A program made the translations under genes and the position numbers. 64,000 bases of DNA from an uncultured Verrucomicrobiae bacterium (GTDB lineage Bacteria; Verrucomicrobiota; Verrucomicrobiia; Limisphaerales; Palsa-1400): assembly GCA_963764165.1 (NCBI GenBank), contig CAVXRD010000002.1, forward strand, positions 2,176,001 through 2,240,000. Reading direction: 5' to 3'. Position 1 is the stretch's first letter; the number at the start of each line of letters is the position of its first letter. Shown here in pieces: positions 1 to 9,877 of the stretch. Under the pieces are notes generated by a model. That model worked only from the letters and a program-made list of their open reading frames with translations, ran no database searches and was not told the DNA's origin.

Positions 1-2361
1 CTGTCCAATCCCTTGATTCAAATCTACGATAGCACTGGAACAAACCAGATCTGGAATTCCTATGGTGGCCCATCTGGGGATTATTTCCTGACTACCAGCA
101 GCGGCATCACACAAGGCCTCATTGATAGCTCCGTCTCGGCAGATCAAGAGTTCGTCGTTGGCCTGACCATCGACAATTGGCTGGTTATATGCCCGCTGAC
201 CAACGGCATTCCGAATGTGCAAAACCTTTACCTGAGCACGCCGACCTCCTACACGGGGAATGGCCGGGGAGTCGCTTTTGATGCCGCTGACAACATTTAC
301 CTGAGCAGTTCCGGCCTTGGCTTGGTTCAATCCTGGTCGCTAGGCCTGACGGCGACGGCTGTTACGACCGGCACCACCAATGGTTCAACGGGATTCCAGT
401 TCATCCCGGTGAACGCTTCCGTAAACGTTGGCTTGACCAACCAAATCGCTTATCAGGCAAATAACTCCTATGTGCTTGCAAACGGAGGGACGACCGCGGT
501 TGAACCCACGGCGTTCACCCTCAATCTGGCCAGCGTGCAGACTGCCCCAATTCCGGTAAGCTTCACACTGACGGGCACGGCGACCAATGGTGTCAATTAT
601 ACCGCCAGCACGAATGGTGTTAACCTGCCGGCTGCCTCCTCCTATACGGTTGTTTTCCCTCCTGGCGTGACAAATGAGACAGTGCTGATAACGCCGACAG
701 CGAACCCGGTTTCTGGCCCGACCTTGTCGGTTATTTTGACACTTAAGGGCGGTCCCGCCTATTCGGTGATTGCCCCCTTTACGGAAACGGCTTATATCGC
801 CAGTTCAGGGCCTCAAGTTCTGGTTCTCGGCGCCACCAGCGACCCATCCATGTATCGTGCCAATGCCAATGACTTCGCCATCTTCAAGATGACGCGTTAC
901 GGCGACACCAATGCGTCCTCATATTCAATTCCTCCGGCGGCGTTTACCCTTGGGGGAGCGGCCGTCTTCGGGACTGATTACACCGCTGGCCCTCAGCCAG
1001 TCAATTTCGCCACGGCTCCTACGGCAGGATCCGGCTCCGCTGTCACCGTAAATACCGGCGATCTGAGCGAATCGGTCGAAGTAGGTTTGCCTCAGCTCCA
1101 TTCAGCCTACACCGGCAATTTGCCAATCCTGGTCACGGGCAGCGGCGGCACAAGCCCTGAAGGAACTCCCTTCACATTCTTAACTAATACGACATCATTG
1201 GTGCTGCTGGATAACCTGTATCCGCCGGAGGCGATTCTCTGGTCTGATCCGCTGACCAACGCCGCAGACAGCACGAACTGGACGCTGGCCTTCGAAAACA
1301 CCAATACATTTCCCATCGTTTACACAAACTATCCGAACTTCACTGCCTCCAATCCGGATTCGAGCACGAACGATGATTTCGATGTCGAATTTGGATACGA
1401 CGTCTCCGCGGATGGCGTTACACCCTCGCTGACGATGCAATCCAATGGCTGGACCACCGCCCTCAAGATGACCGTGAACAAGCTCTCCGGCTTCATCCCG
1501 GGTTCGCCCTCCGGCGCATCAGGCGGCGTCAACGTCTATCCTAATGGAAAGAAGTTCGGCGGCAACTATGCGGTGCGCTTCAGCATGAACCTGGTTGAAG
1601 GCACCGCTAGCACCACTGAATTCAACATGTTCGGCATCAATCATTACGGCACAAATGCAAACTGGTTCTCAGGTGACTACGCCTACGGCCATGGGACGAC
1701 CAACAACGACGGTCTGTTCTTCTGGATCGACGCGGATACCGATGGGGCCGGAAACATTGCCGGCACTGCGGCTCTTTCGGGCCAGCCACTGCCGAACACA
1801 GGATGGGCGACCATCGCTTCGGCTTCATTACTATCGTATTCGAATATCTTCAAGAGCCCGGTTGTTTACAATGCGAGTCCCGCTGGCGCTCCTTCGGATC
1901 TGACCGGTGGGGGGATTTCAACTTGGGCGGATGTTGAAATCAAGCAGTACAACAAGGTGGTGACGATGTCGATCAACAAGACGGTCATCTTCACCTACAC
2001 CAATACGACCATCTTCACCAACGGCGAACCGATGCTGGGTTATGATGATCCGTTCGCGTCGGTCGGCGCGGATCCAGGCGCGGCAGCATATTATTCGAAC
2101 CTTCGCGTCGTTTCTCTGTCGGTGCCGACCATCATCAGTTCCGCCTTGTCGGGCGGCAACTTGATCATCCAGTTCACCAGCCCGGATGCGGAGGCCATTC
2201 CGAGCTCGTTCACGGTCGGAAGCACCACCAATCTCGCGACCGCATACAAAGCAACGGCTTCGACGATCACCCAATCGGGCGACATATTCACCGCCGTCGT
2301 GCCGTATTCATCGACTGGGTCGAAGTACTTTGCGATCTCGCAGTCTAACGATACGAACTAG
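1..2361 (+). CDS. Large secreted/surface protein, 5'-truncated by window edge (Calx-beta-like and lectin-like beta domains, C-terminal putative sorting domain)
   Basis: Frame open from base 1. Ser/Thr/Gly/Asn-rich. 'VSFTLTGTATNGVNY' and 'LGGAAVFGTDY' resemble Calx-beta motifs. C-terminus 'STTNLAT...SKYFAISQ'. Confidence 0.75.
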   Translation: MSNPLIQIYDSTGTNQIWNSYGGPSGDYFLTTSSGITQGLIDSSVSADQEFVVGLTIDNWLVICPLTNGIPNVQNLYLSTPTSYTGNGRGVAFDAADNIYLSSSGLGLVQSWSLGLTATAVTTGTTNGSTGFQFIPVNASVNVGLTNQIAYQANNSYVLANGGTTAVEPTAFTLNLASVQTAPIPVSFTLTGTATNGVNYTASTNGVNLPAASSYTVVFPPGVTNETVLITPTANPVSGPTLSVILTLKGGPAYSVIAPFTETAYIASSGPQVLVLGATSDPSMYRANANDFAIFKMTRYGDTNASSYSIPPAAFTLGGAAVFGTDYTAGPQPVNFATAPTAGSGSAVTVNTGDLSESVEVGLPQLHSAYTGNLPILVTGSGGTSPEGTPFTFLTNTTSLVLLDNLYPPEAILWSDPLTNAADSTNWTLAFENTNTFPIVYTNYPNFTASNPDSSTNDDFDVEFGYDVSADGVTPSLTMQSNGWTTALKMTVNKLSGFIPGSPSGASGGVNVYPNGKKFGGNYAVRFSMNLVEGTASTTEFNMFGINHYGTNANWFSGDYAYGHGTTNNDGLFFWIDADTDGAGNIAGTAALSGQPLPNTGWATIASASLLSYSNIFKSPVVYNASPAGAPSDLTGGGISTWADVEIKQYNKVVTMSINKTVIFTYTNTTIFTNGEPMLGYDDPFASVGADPGAAAYYSNLRVVSLSVPTIISSALSGGNLIIQFTSPDAEAIPSSFTVGSTTNLATAYKATASTITQSGDIFTAVVPYSSTGSKYFAISQSNDTN

Positions 2362-2387
2362 GCTGCGACTCCTGAATGCTTAACACG

Positions 2388-2419
2388 ACCGGGCCTTCGC
2401 CAAGCTGCGAAGGCCCGGT
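2388..2419 (+). terminator. Stem-loop after the large secreted protein gene
   Basis: ACCGGGCCTTCGC-caagct-GCGAAGGCCCGGT, perfect 13-bp stem 27 nt after the stop. Confidence 0.65.
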
Positions 2420-2447
2420 TAGATTTTGAAGCGGAATGATTGCAGGA

Positions 2448-2558
2448 GTAGCGCAGACTTCCAAGTCTGCTGTATCGCAGATTTCCAAATCTGCTTGCCG
2501 TAGCGGCTCATGCAGGCTTGGAAGCCTGCGATACGGCAGGTTTGGAAACCTGCGCTGT
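2448..2558. repeat. GTAG-type REPIN built from four 18-bp hairpins
   Basis: GTAGC-GCAGACTTCCAAGTCTGC-TGTATC-GCAGATTTCCAAATCTGC followed by an inverted imperfect copy at 2512-2558. Confidence 0.8.
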
Positions 2559-2667
2559 GCGGAACGGCAGCCTTGCCCTGCCGGGATTCATTACGATTAG
2601 AATTGTGAGATTTGCGGGAAGCAAACAATGGCTTTCTTAAGTAAGATGAGTTAGATTGTTACGTTTT

Positions 2668-3543
2668 ATGAAAGAAATTATGACCAAAGGCAGTGAACAA
2701 GGCGCCCCGAATCAAACGAGTGCCTTTACATTAATCGAACTGCTTGTTGTCATCGCCATTATCGCCATTCTGGCGGCGATGCTTCTGCCCGCTCTGTCGA
2801 AGGCGAAAGAGCAAGCGTGGCAAGCCCAGTGCCAAAGCAACCTCAAGCAATTGCAAAGTGGCGCGATGCTGTATGCTGGAGACTTCAAAGATTATATTGT
2901 GGCAAATGCCCCACTGTCGGATCAAGTTATAGCGGACGGCCAAGTTGCCACATGGTGCCCAGGTTCCCAAGCTGAAACTTGGGGATCCTCGGTAGATAAT
3001 ACAAACGTGGCTGCTTACAAAAACACCATCCTTTCTCCTTACCTCGGTAACAGCGTAGGTATTTACAGATGTCCTGGAGACGTGCTTCCGTCGGCAAATG
3101 GCGTTCGGCTTCGGACCTACTCGATGAATGGCCAAATGGGTTGGGGTTCGTTTGATTTGGGCGGAACCAGCAGCTTCAGCATGCAGAATTACGGCGCCCC
3201 CTTGCGCATTTACAGCAAATTCAGCGACCTTTCATGTCCCGGGGCGGCCAACGTGTTCTTCTTTGCCGACGAAACAATGTATACGATGGACGATGGCTAT
3301 ATGCAAATGTCAGGCACGCCTGCCTTCCCCAATGCCCCAGCCCATTATCACAATGGTTCGGCCAGTTTTTCGTTTGGCGATGGGCATGTCGAGTCACATA
3401 AATGGAGGGGGCCGCTGCTGCCCAAAATGCCTTATGCCGTTAATGTGAGTTCGGGCGGGGCTGACAATCCCACAACGCCCACCGACCCTGATTGGCTATG
3501 GCTGTTCCCCCGCGAGGGCTGCGTGAGCAACTCCATTGAATAA
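2668..3543 (+). CDS. Prepilin-type N-terminal cleavage/methylation + H-X9-DG (DUF1559-like) protein
   Basis: [30 protein letters not shown]-terminal [15 protein letters not shown]. Start could be 2668 or 2680. Confidence 0.9.
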   Translation: MKEIMTKGSEQGAPNQTSAFTLIELLVVIAIIAILAAMLLPALSKAKEQAWQAQCQSNLKQLQSGAMLYAGDFKDYIVANAPLSDQVIADGQVATWCPGSQAETWGSSVDNTNVAAYKNTILSPYLGNSVGIYRCPGDVLPSANGVRLRTYSMNGQMGWGSFDLGGTSSFSMQNYGAPLRIYSKFSDLSCPGAANVFFFADETMYTMDDGYMQMSGTPAFPNAPAHYHNGSASFSFGDGHVESHKWRGPLLPKMPYAVNVSSGGADNPTTPTDPDWLWLFPREGCVSNSIE

Positions 3544-3548
3544 CTCCA

Positions 3549-4298
3549 ATGCGCGGAAAGGCGAAGATTCAACCCGCCACCGCTGAAATCGCCGGAAGTG
3601 TCGGCTTCACTCTGATCGAACTGCTGGTCGTTATCGCCATCATCGCCATTCTTGCCTCGATGATTCTTCCGGCGCTGGCCACGGCCAAGGAAAGCGCGCA
3701 TCGGACCGCCTGCAAAAGCAATATGCGCCAAGCCATCTTGGCGGTGGAGATGTACGCGGATGACAACAAGCAATTTGTCCCGCCGTGCCGCGACAATGAC
3801 GACCAGTCCCACCTGATCCGAATCGACAACATCGCCTACAGCAACCTGATCGCTTATTCCGGCTCCAATGTTTTGATCTGCCCCAATTTTCAATTCGCGA
3901 AATTCAATCCTTACGACGCGGAATGGGGCTTCCTGATCGGTTACAATTACTGTGGCGATGTCAATACGAACACGTGGAATTACACAAGCCCATTCGCCTG
4001 GCATTCCGCCGCGAAGGCCACCGAGAACGGCACCAATGTCATTCTGGCGGACGCAAACATGTGGGGCGAGGGTTTGGTGATCGTTCCGCATCGCAAGAAC
4101 GGCGGCCTTTACGATTCCGGCGTCAATGGCGCGTGCTCGATCGTCGAATCGTCCCCCTATATCAGCCAGCTTCCCGCGCAACTCGGCGCAGAGGGAGGGA
4201 ATGTCGGGCACCTTGACGGCTCCGTTGCGTGGGTGCCGATGGCCAGAATGAAAATGCGTTTTGGATCTTCCTACGAAGGCTATTATGCCTGGTGGTGA
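3549..4298 (+). CDS. Prepilin-type (DUF1559-like) protein
   Basis: [26 protein letters not shown]-terminal [11 protein letters not shown]. Confidence 0.9.
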   Translation: MRGKAKIQPATAEIAGSVGFTLIELLVVIAIIAILASMILPALATAKESAHRTACKSNMRQAILAVEMYADDNKQFVPPCRDNDDQSHLIRIDNIAYSNLIAYSGSNVLICPNFQFAKFNPYDAEWGFLIGYNYCGDVNTNTWNYTSPFAWHSAAKATENGTNVILADANMWGEGLVIVPHRKNGGLYDSGVNGACSIVESSPYISQLPAQLGAEGGNVGHLDGSVAWVPMARMKMRFGSSYEGYYAWW

Positions 4299-5301
4299 AC
4301 ACAAGATACAGTGGCAGCGGCGTCCCGCCGCTGAATTGAAGAAAGAAACAGAGCCGGGACGGCTCTGCCGCCTTTCCTCCGGCGCTTTCACGCTGATCGA
4401 ACTGCTGGTGGTCATCGCAATCATTGCCATCCTCGCCTCGCTCCTCCTGCCCGCGCTTTCGAAAGCGAAAGACAGCGCGCAGGGAGCATCGTGCTTGAAC
4501 AATACGCATCAAATTGGCTTGGGAGTCCTCATGTACGCGGATGACAACAAACAGTTCTTTCCAGATCCCGGTCCTCCCAGCAATCCTGTCTGGTGGACAG
4601 GGGGCCCGTTCAAAAATCGTCTGGGCCAGACTTGCGGCGGTGAGTGGCTGCTGTCCGATCAAAAAACTCCGAACACACCCGCGCCAATGGTGCAGCCGTA
4701 TCTGAAAAATCCGATGATCTGGGTCTGCGCAAAAAGGAAACGCGGAATGACATTTACGACCGCGCCAGGTTCGTTTGACCCGACCATCACGGGATTTCTG
4801 TCCTATGGATTCAATGAAATCGGCTGCTTCTGCCTGGCAAACCCCGCAGGCGGGATGACGGCTCCGACGCCTCCCTTCAAGCTCACCCTGGCCAAGCGCC
4901 CGTCGCAGCTTCTCTGCATTTCCGAAATAAGCGGCTCCAACAATCCGCTTGATTGCGATGGAAACGGCAGCGGCGGCGCGACCGATCCGCAAGATCCTTT
5001 TTGCGGTGACGCGGCCTGGCTGGATGATGTTTGGGGAAGCAATTCTGGGCCGTTATTCAATCCGAATTCGCCAAACGGCCGGCTTCAGACTGCCTATGCG
5101 AAACACAACAACATGCTCGACGTTATTTACGTCGATGGGCACTCCAAAGCCACCCTCGCCAGCAAACTCACATGGGGCGAGTTCTGGGGAGTGTATGGTG
5201 ATGCGCCGGAGTGGCCCGCGCTTCCTCCCCTGCAAACGTGGAATAGCTTCATCAGCAAACCTGCCTATGATTCGCAGGTGTGGCTGAACAAGGAAGAGTA
5301 G
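4285..5301 (+). CDS. Prepilin-type/H-X9-DG (DUF1559-like) protein
   Basis: [42 protein letters not shown] at 4285 overlaps the upstream gene end. Confidence 0.9.
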   Translation: MPGGEHKIQWQRRPAAELKKETEPGRLCRLSSGAFTLIELLVVIAIIAILASLLLPALSKAKDSAQGASCLNNTHQIGLGVLMYADDNKQFFPDPGPPSNPVWWTGGPFKNRLGQTCGGEWLLSDQKTPNTPAPMVQPYLKNPMIWVCAKRKRGMTFTTAPGSFDPTITGFLSYGFNEIGCFCLANPAGGMTAPTPPFKLTLAKRPSQLLCISEISGSNNPLDCDGNGSGGATDPQDPFCGDAAWLDDVWGSNSGPLFNPNSPNGRLQTAYAKHNNMLDVIYVDGHSKATLASKLTWGEFWGVYGDAPEWPALPPLQTWNSFISKPAYDSQVWLNKEE

Positions 5302-5317
5302 ATGCGTAACGCTGGTT

Positions 5318-5466
5318 GGGAGCATCTCGCTTTGGCTTATTATTCGATTGTTTAGCTCCGCTAGGAGCGAAATATCTGGAGACTTGCTTGATTCGGTTTC
5401 GATAAATATTTCGCTCCTAGCGGAGCTGCTGATCTATTGGCAGCGTCCAAAAACTGAGATGCGAAT
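5318..5466 (-). mobile_element. Degenerate MITE shell (same ends as 38776-39039) containing a 22-bp-arm palindrome
   Basis: Ends GGGAGCATCTCGCTT and CAAAAACTGAGATGCG match the 38776-39039 element in reverse. Internal IR AGCTCCGCTAGGAGCGAAATAT (5354-5375) / ATATTTCGCTCCTAGCGGAGCT (5406-5427). Confidence 0.6.
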
Positions 5467-5493
5467 GCAGAAGGCAAGCACGAGCGCAACTAT

Positions 5494-6372
5494 TCACGGA
5501 AACCAAGTCACGTTGTAAACTTCCTCATCCGTTCCCAGCGCCCACATTTTTGGATACTGCGCCTGCGGAACCCACGCCGCATGACCATCGCAGAAAAGGA
5601 CGTTCCCGCCATCTTTTCCATGATTGTCGATGGAATCGGGATAATTGTCATTCGAAGTCAGGTTTCCAACCCGGATATCATCATCTCCGTCATAGAGAAG
5701 AAACATGGTTGTCAACGAACCTGGCAAGCCCGTGAGGTTGAACTCCTCGGTCTTTTGCGAGGTCGGCGAAGTAGCTATCGAGTAAAAGCAGATGTTTTGA
5801 TACTTGTAGCTCACGACCGATTTTTGAGTCTTTCGAATGTTGAATCCCGCTGCGACCGTGTTGTTGCCATCCAGAAATCCTGAGACTTCGTAACTCGTTC
5901 CTCGCCCGCTCTTGGCTGACGCATTATAATTCGCGCCGTCCTCAGCAATATATTGCAAATCCAGCACGATGTTTGGATTGCCGTGAAGCCGGTCGGCATA
6001 CGATACGCCGGAATCATTTCGCGAATAAAATGGCTGATTGTTTCCCAGCGGAATCGGCGCATTGGAAATCGAGTGCTGCGTGCTCGGGCAGTTAAACGTC
6101 TTTATCGAGGACACGTAGTAGGGGAAAAGCCAGTTCAAATCGTCGTCCGCATAATTATCGGTGCCGCTGAGCGCGCTGTTTGGGTCTTCGTCGGCGTAAA
6201 GCTGGCTGCCGATGCCCATTTGCCTTTCGTTGTTCATGCAGGCGGTGCGGCGGCTCCGCTCCTTGGCCCGCGCCAGTGCCGGCAGCAGCAGCGCCGCCAG
6301 AATCGCAATGATGGCGATGACCACCAGCAACTCAATTAGCGTAAACGCAAAATTTCTTCGGCACGGATTCAT
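5494..6372 (-). CDS. Prepilin-type/H-X9-DG (DUF1559-like) protein
   Basis: [44 protein letters not shown]. Start may extend to 6396. Confidence 0.9.
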   Translation of the reverse strand: MNPCRRNFAFTLIELLVVIAIIAILAALLLPALARAKERSRRTACMNNERQMGIGSQLYADEDPNSALSGTDNYADDDLNWLFPYYVSSIKTFNCPSTQHSISNAPIPLGNNQPFYSRNDSGVSYADRLHGNPNIVLDLQYIAEDGANYNASAKSGRGTSYEVSGFLDGNNTVAAGFNIRKTQKSVVSYKYQNICFYSIATSPTSQKTEEFNLTGLPGSLTTMFLLYDGDDDIRVGNLTSNDNYPDSIDNHGKDGGNVLFCDGHAAWVPQAQYPKMWALGTDEEVYNVTWFP

Positions 6373-6483
6373 CTTGATGGAAGGCCTCAGGCGCACTACG
6401 CGGCAATTTTAACCAATCCAAGCAAGGCCGACAAGAAAAACAAATCTCCTGTCCAAAACGACGGAGCGGGGCCTGATCGGACA

Positions 6484-6613
6484 GCCACAGATGGACACAG
6501 ATCAACACAGATTTTGCGGCAATTCGTTCGGCTGACAAAAAGCCGTTCGCACGTGCTCCGCCGTTGTCGAGGGCGTGAATCCTCATCTGTGTTGATCTGT
6601 GTCCATCTGTTGC
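6484..6613. repeat. Inverted pair of 10-bp-period (nnACACAGAT)x3 repeats
   Basis: GCCACAGATGGACACAGATCAACACAGAT ... ATCTGTGTTGATCTGTGTCCATCTGTTGC. Same element at 25854-26082 and a half copy near 37290-37312. Confidence 0.8.
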
Positions 6614-6614
6614 C

Positions 6615-8393
6615 GTGAAGTCGGTGGAATTAGTGTTGAAATCACAAACCGCACCCCGAATACTATCCGGGTTCTTGAAAACATATTCGCTGGCTGGCTA
6701 CCTTCAGGGTCTTCCCAAACAGACACGGACACTGCTGCAAAGCTGCGCCTACGGCGTCAGCGCCGGACTCGGCGCCGTCGCGTTTGAGGCGGGCATTTCG
6801 CTGCTCTACAATCATGGGCTGGTTCCGCTTTCCCACCTCGACAAGTCGACGTTCATTCTCGCCAGCCTGGCGATCACGCTCATTTCGTCCGTGATTGTCG
6901 GAATACTCTTGAATGTATTCTGCCCGGTGGCGGCGGGCAGCGGCATTCCGCAGTTGAAACTCGCGTTCTGGAAGGATTTCGGGGCGGTGCCCTTCCGTGT
7001 GGCCTGGGTGAAGTTTTTGGCTGGCGTGATCAGCATTGCAGGCGGCACCAGCCTCGGCCGCGAAGGCCCCAGCGTGCAATTGGGCGGGGCTCTCGCCTCC
7101 AACATCGCGGGCCTGACGGGCGAGGCGAAACAAAAGAGGCGCATGGCGGCGGCTTCCGGCGCGGCGGCGGGATTGGCGGCCGCCTTCAACGCCCCACTCG
7201 CAGCGACGACGTTCGTTTTGGAGGAAATCATTGGCGACTTGAACAGTCCGCTCCTGGGCAGCGTGCTGCTGGCGTCGGTTCTGGGGGCGCTCGCGGTTCA
7301 CGGCATCATAGGGGCGCAACCCGCGTTTACCTTGGAGGATGTGGAGGCGCCCACATGGCTGGTGTATGCGCTCACGCCGGTGGTGGCCGCGCTGGCAACG
7401 GTCGTCGGCGGATATTTTCAAAGGTTCTCTTTGCGCCTGCGGTTCTGGTCAAAAAGACTCGAGAAAATCCCCGGCTGGATGCTGCCCGTCATAGGCGGGC
7501 TGATTACATGGGCGCTGGCGGTGAGCGTGTTCTGCTGGAAAGGAAAACTTGGCGTGTTTTCCCTCGGCTACGACGATCTGTCTGACGCCTTGGGTGGCAA
7601 GAGCGACTGGACTTGGAAGCTGGCGCTGCTGCTGTTGGCAGCAAAATTCATCGCAACGATTTGCAGTTATGGATTTGGCGGATGCGGCGGCATTTTTTCG
7701 CCGTGCCTGTTCTTTGGCTGCATGGTTGGCATCGTGGTGGCGCGGCTGGTGGGCCTCGAATTTCATGTGGCGCACGCGGATATTGTGACGCTCGCCGTGG
7801 TGGGCATGAGCGCGTCGCTCGGCGGCGTGGTGGGAGCGCCGGTGACGGGCATCCTGATTGTGTTTGAAATGACCCACGAATTTTCGCTTGTGCCCGCCTT
7901 GATGCTGGGCGCGCTGGTCAGCCAGGCGATCAGCCGCAAAATGAACCACGAGAATTTCTACGACTCGCTCCTCATCCAGGACGGCCACCGCCTCGAGCGC
8001 ATCCGCCCGCCGCGCGATTTGCTGAGCTGGCAGCAATCGCAGATTTCAGGAATTCTTACTGACAAACCCACCGTGGTCGGGAACCTGGAGCCGCTCGCCA
8101 TCCAGCAGCTCTTGCGGTCGTACCCGTTCGAGCGGTTTCCGGTGGTTGAAAACGGGAAGCCCATTGGAGTATTGACACGCAAGGACGCGCAAGCGGCCCT
8201 GGCGGAAAAGCGCCCGCCGAAATTGGAGCCGGTCACAACCTGCCGCCCGGATCAAACGATCCGCGAATTGCAAACACTGCTCATCAATTCCACCACCCAA
8301 TTCGTCGTCGTCGTGGATGAAAGGGAAGCGGTGCAGGGGGTCATCACGCTGCATGATTTATTGCGGGCGGAAGTGCAGAAGGCGGAGGCTTAA
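6615..8393 (+). CDS. clcA: ClC-family chloride channel / H+/Cl- antiporter with C-terminal CBS domains
   Basis: GSGIP, GREGP, GGIFSP and FYD motifs; hydrophobic core; CBS-like tail. Confidence 0.9.
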   Translation: MKSVELVLKSQTAPRILSGFLKTYSLAGYLQGLPKQTRTLLQSCAYGVSAGLGAVAFEAGISLLYNHGLVPLSHLDKSTFILASLAITLISSVIVGILLNVFCPVAAGSGIPQLKLAFWKDFGAVPFRVAWVKFLAGVISIAGGTSLGREGPSVQLGGALASNIAGLTGEAKQKRRMAAASGAAAGLAAAFNAPLAATTFVLEEIIGDLNSPLLGSVLLASVLGALAVHGIIGAQPAFTLEDVEAPTWLVYALTPVVAALATVVGGYFQRFSLRLRFWSKRLEKIPGWMLPVIGGLITWALAVSVFCWKGKLGVFSLGYDDLSDALGGKSDWTWKLALLLLAAKFIATICSYGFGGCGGIFSPCLFFGCMVGIVVARLVGLEFHVAHADIVTLAVVGMSASLGGVVGAPVTGILIVFEMTHEFSLVPALMLGALVSQAISRKMNHENFYDSLLIQDGHRLERIRPPRDLLSWQQSQISGILTDKPTVVGNLEPLAIQQLLRSYPFERFPVVENGKPIGVLTRKDAQAALAEKRPPKLEPVTTCRPDQTIRELQTLLINSTTQFVVVVDEREAVQGVITLHDLLRAEVQKAEA

Positions 8394-8395
8394 CC

Positions 8396-8521
8396 CGGTG
8401 AGGCTCCCGTCTGGCCGTCTCATGGTTCGCATCCGTCCCGTGATTCCCATTCCTCGCGTGAAAATGGGACTGATGGGAATTATGGGAGTAATGGGAACGG
8501 CTCGCCGGGCCGCGCCCTGCC
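8396..8521. repeat. REPIN (GAGGCTCCCG/CGGCTCG family) with inner 9-bp-period ATGGGA repeats, between convergent genes
   Basis: ATGGGACTG ATGGGAATT ATGGGAGTA ATGGGAACGGCTCG; related copy at 11437-11558. Confidence 0.7.
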
Positions 8522-8529
8522 ATAATCTG

Positions 8530-9330
8530 CTAACGATTGAGCCGCGCCGCCAGCCGTTGCTGCAACTCCACTGCCGAAATCTGCCCCGGCGCAGTTGGTT
8601 GATCGAGGTAGCCATATGTCAGGCATGACCCGAGCGTTGCAAATTCCACGCGCGTTTCCGACCATTTCTCTCCCATGCCAATCACGCAGATCGGCTTGGG
8701 CCATTCCATTCGCAAAAGCGAGCGCAGCACTTCGACATCCTCGGGTTGCGCAATCATGGTGGAAACTTTGGCGATGGAGCCAATGGCGTGCTGGCGTTTG
8801 ATAATTTCGCAAAGTTCCTCCGCCGGCGGAGTTTTCGTGAAATCGTGGAACGAAATCACGGTGGCTTTTCCAAGCCGCTTCGCTTCGCCCGCCACCATTG
8901 GCGCTATCGCGCTGCTGAGTTCGACATCCACCGCAGCCAATTTGGGCAATGCCTCCAGATAAATCGCGAGCCGGGTCGCGCCGTCCATTTCCCAATCGCC
9001 GCCCTCGGCCTTCAAACGAACTGTCAATAGAACAGGCTTGCCGCTGGATTGAAGCTCGACGCACTTCGCGAGCCAGTCCTGGGGTAGGGACGCCTCGCCG
9101 AGGCGTCCGGTTGCGTGTGAATAGCGAGCCTCACCCCGGACACCTAGGGCGGAAGTTCCGCCTCCCAGAGGCGTCCCTGCCTTGTCGAGGCGAACCTCGA
9201 CAATGTCTCCAGCCAGCGCGCATCGAGCGGGCAGGGCCGAGAGCGTCGCGACGACGCGCGGGGCCGGTCCAACCTCCAGCGTGCTGGTGGCGGTGCGCAA
9301 CAAAACGGAAGGTCTGCTCATTGGTCGCAT
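8530..9330 (-). CDS. aroD: Type I 3-dehydroquinate dehydratase with a 33-aa REP-derived insertion
   Basis: DIVEVRLD, LLTVRLKAEGG, VDVEL, ISFHDFTKTP, IAKV, IGMG..SETR, TYGYL...APGQ motifs. Confidence 0.9.
   Translation of the reverse strand: MRPMSRPSVLLRTATSTLEVGPAPRVVATLSALPARCALAGDIVEVRLDKAGTPLGGGTSALGVRGEARYSHATGRLGEASLPQDWLAKCVELQSSGKPVLLTVRLKAEGGDWEMDGATRLAIYLEALPKLAAVDVELSSAIAPMVAGEAKRLGKATVISFHDFTKTPPAEELCEIIKRQHAIGSIAKVSTMIAQPEDVEVLRSLLRMEWPKPICVIGMGEKWSETRVEFATLGSCLTYGYLDQPTAPGQISAVELQQRLAARLNR
9083..9181. repeat. REPIN family A inside aroD (99 bp, in frame)
   Basis: GGTAGGGACGCCTCGCCGAGGCGTCCGG...GAGGCGTCCCTGCC; spacer similar to the reverse complement of 9799-9877. Confidence 0.9.
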
Positions 9331-9386
9331 GATAATGCGGAATATACTTTAATCCACCAATCCCAAACTTTAAGCTCGCGAGACAT

Positions 9387-9767
9387 ATGACGAAGACGAT
9401 TATCAAACCGGCGGGCGTGCCGCCAGCGGCGGGCCCTTACAATCACGGCGTGCGCGTGGGAGAATTCCTGTTTTGCGCGGGCCAGATTCCGACCATTCCG
9501 GAAACCGGCCAGCTTGAGACCGGGGACATCAAGGCCCAAACCGAGCGCGTTTTGGAGAACATCAAATTGATCTTGAAAGACCAGGGCTTGACGCTGGCCA
9601 ATGTTGTCAAATCCACAGTCTACATGATCAACCTGGGCGATTTCGCCAGCATGAACGAAACTTACGGCCGCATTTTTGGCGGTGATTTCCCGGCGCGGAC
9701 GACCATCCAAGTCGCAGCCCTGCCGCGCGGCGCGGCGGTGGAAATTGAAGTCATCGCGCATTATTGA
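9387..9767 (+). CDS. ridA: RidA/YjgF/UK114 family reactive-intermediate deaminase
   Basis: PAAGPYNHG, AGQIP, PARTTIQVAALP, VEIEVIA. Confidence 0.9.
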   Translation: MTKTIIKPAGVPPAAGPYNHGVRVGEFLFCAGQIPTIPETGQLETGDIKAQTERVLENIKLILKDQGLTLANVVKSTVYMINLGDFASMNETYGRIFGGDFPARTTIQVAALPRGAAVEIEVIAHY

Positions 9768-9798
9768 TGAATGGGGCGCGATTCATATTGGGCAACAG

Positions 9799-9877
9799 GG
9801 TAGGGACGCCTCGCCGAGGCGTCCGGGGTGGGGCTCCCATCACGCGCAACCGGACGCCTCGGCGAGGCGTCCCTACC
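9799..9877. repeat. REPIN family A, canonical copy
   Basis: GGTAGGGACGCCTCGCCGAGGCGTCCGG-spacer-CCGGACGCCTCGGCGAGGCGTCCCTACC, perfect 28-bp arms. Confidence 0.9.

Noticed and set aside
6400..6614. Fluoride riboswitch upstream of the ClC gene
   Set aside because: No GGxGATGGxGTTCxCC-type motif seen, and the protein has the canonical GSGIP/GREGP chloride signature.
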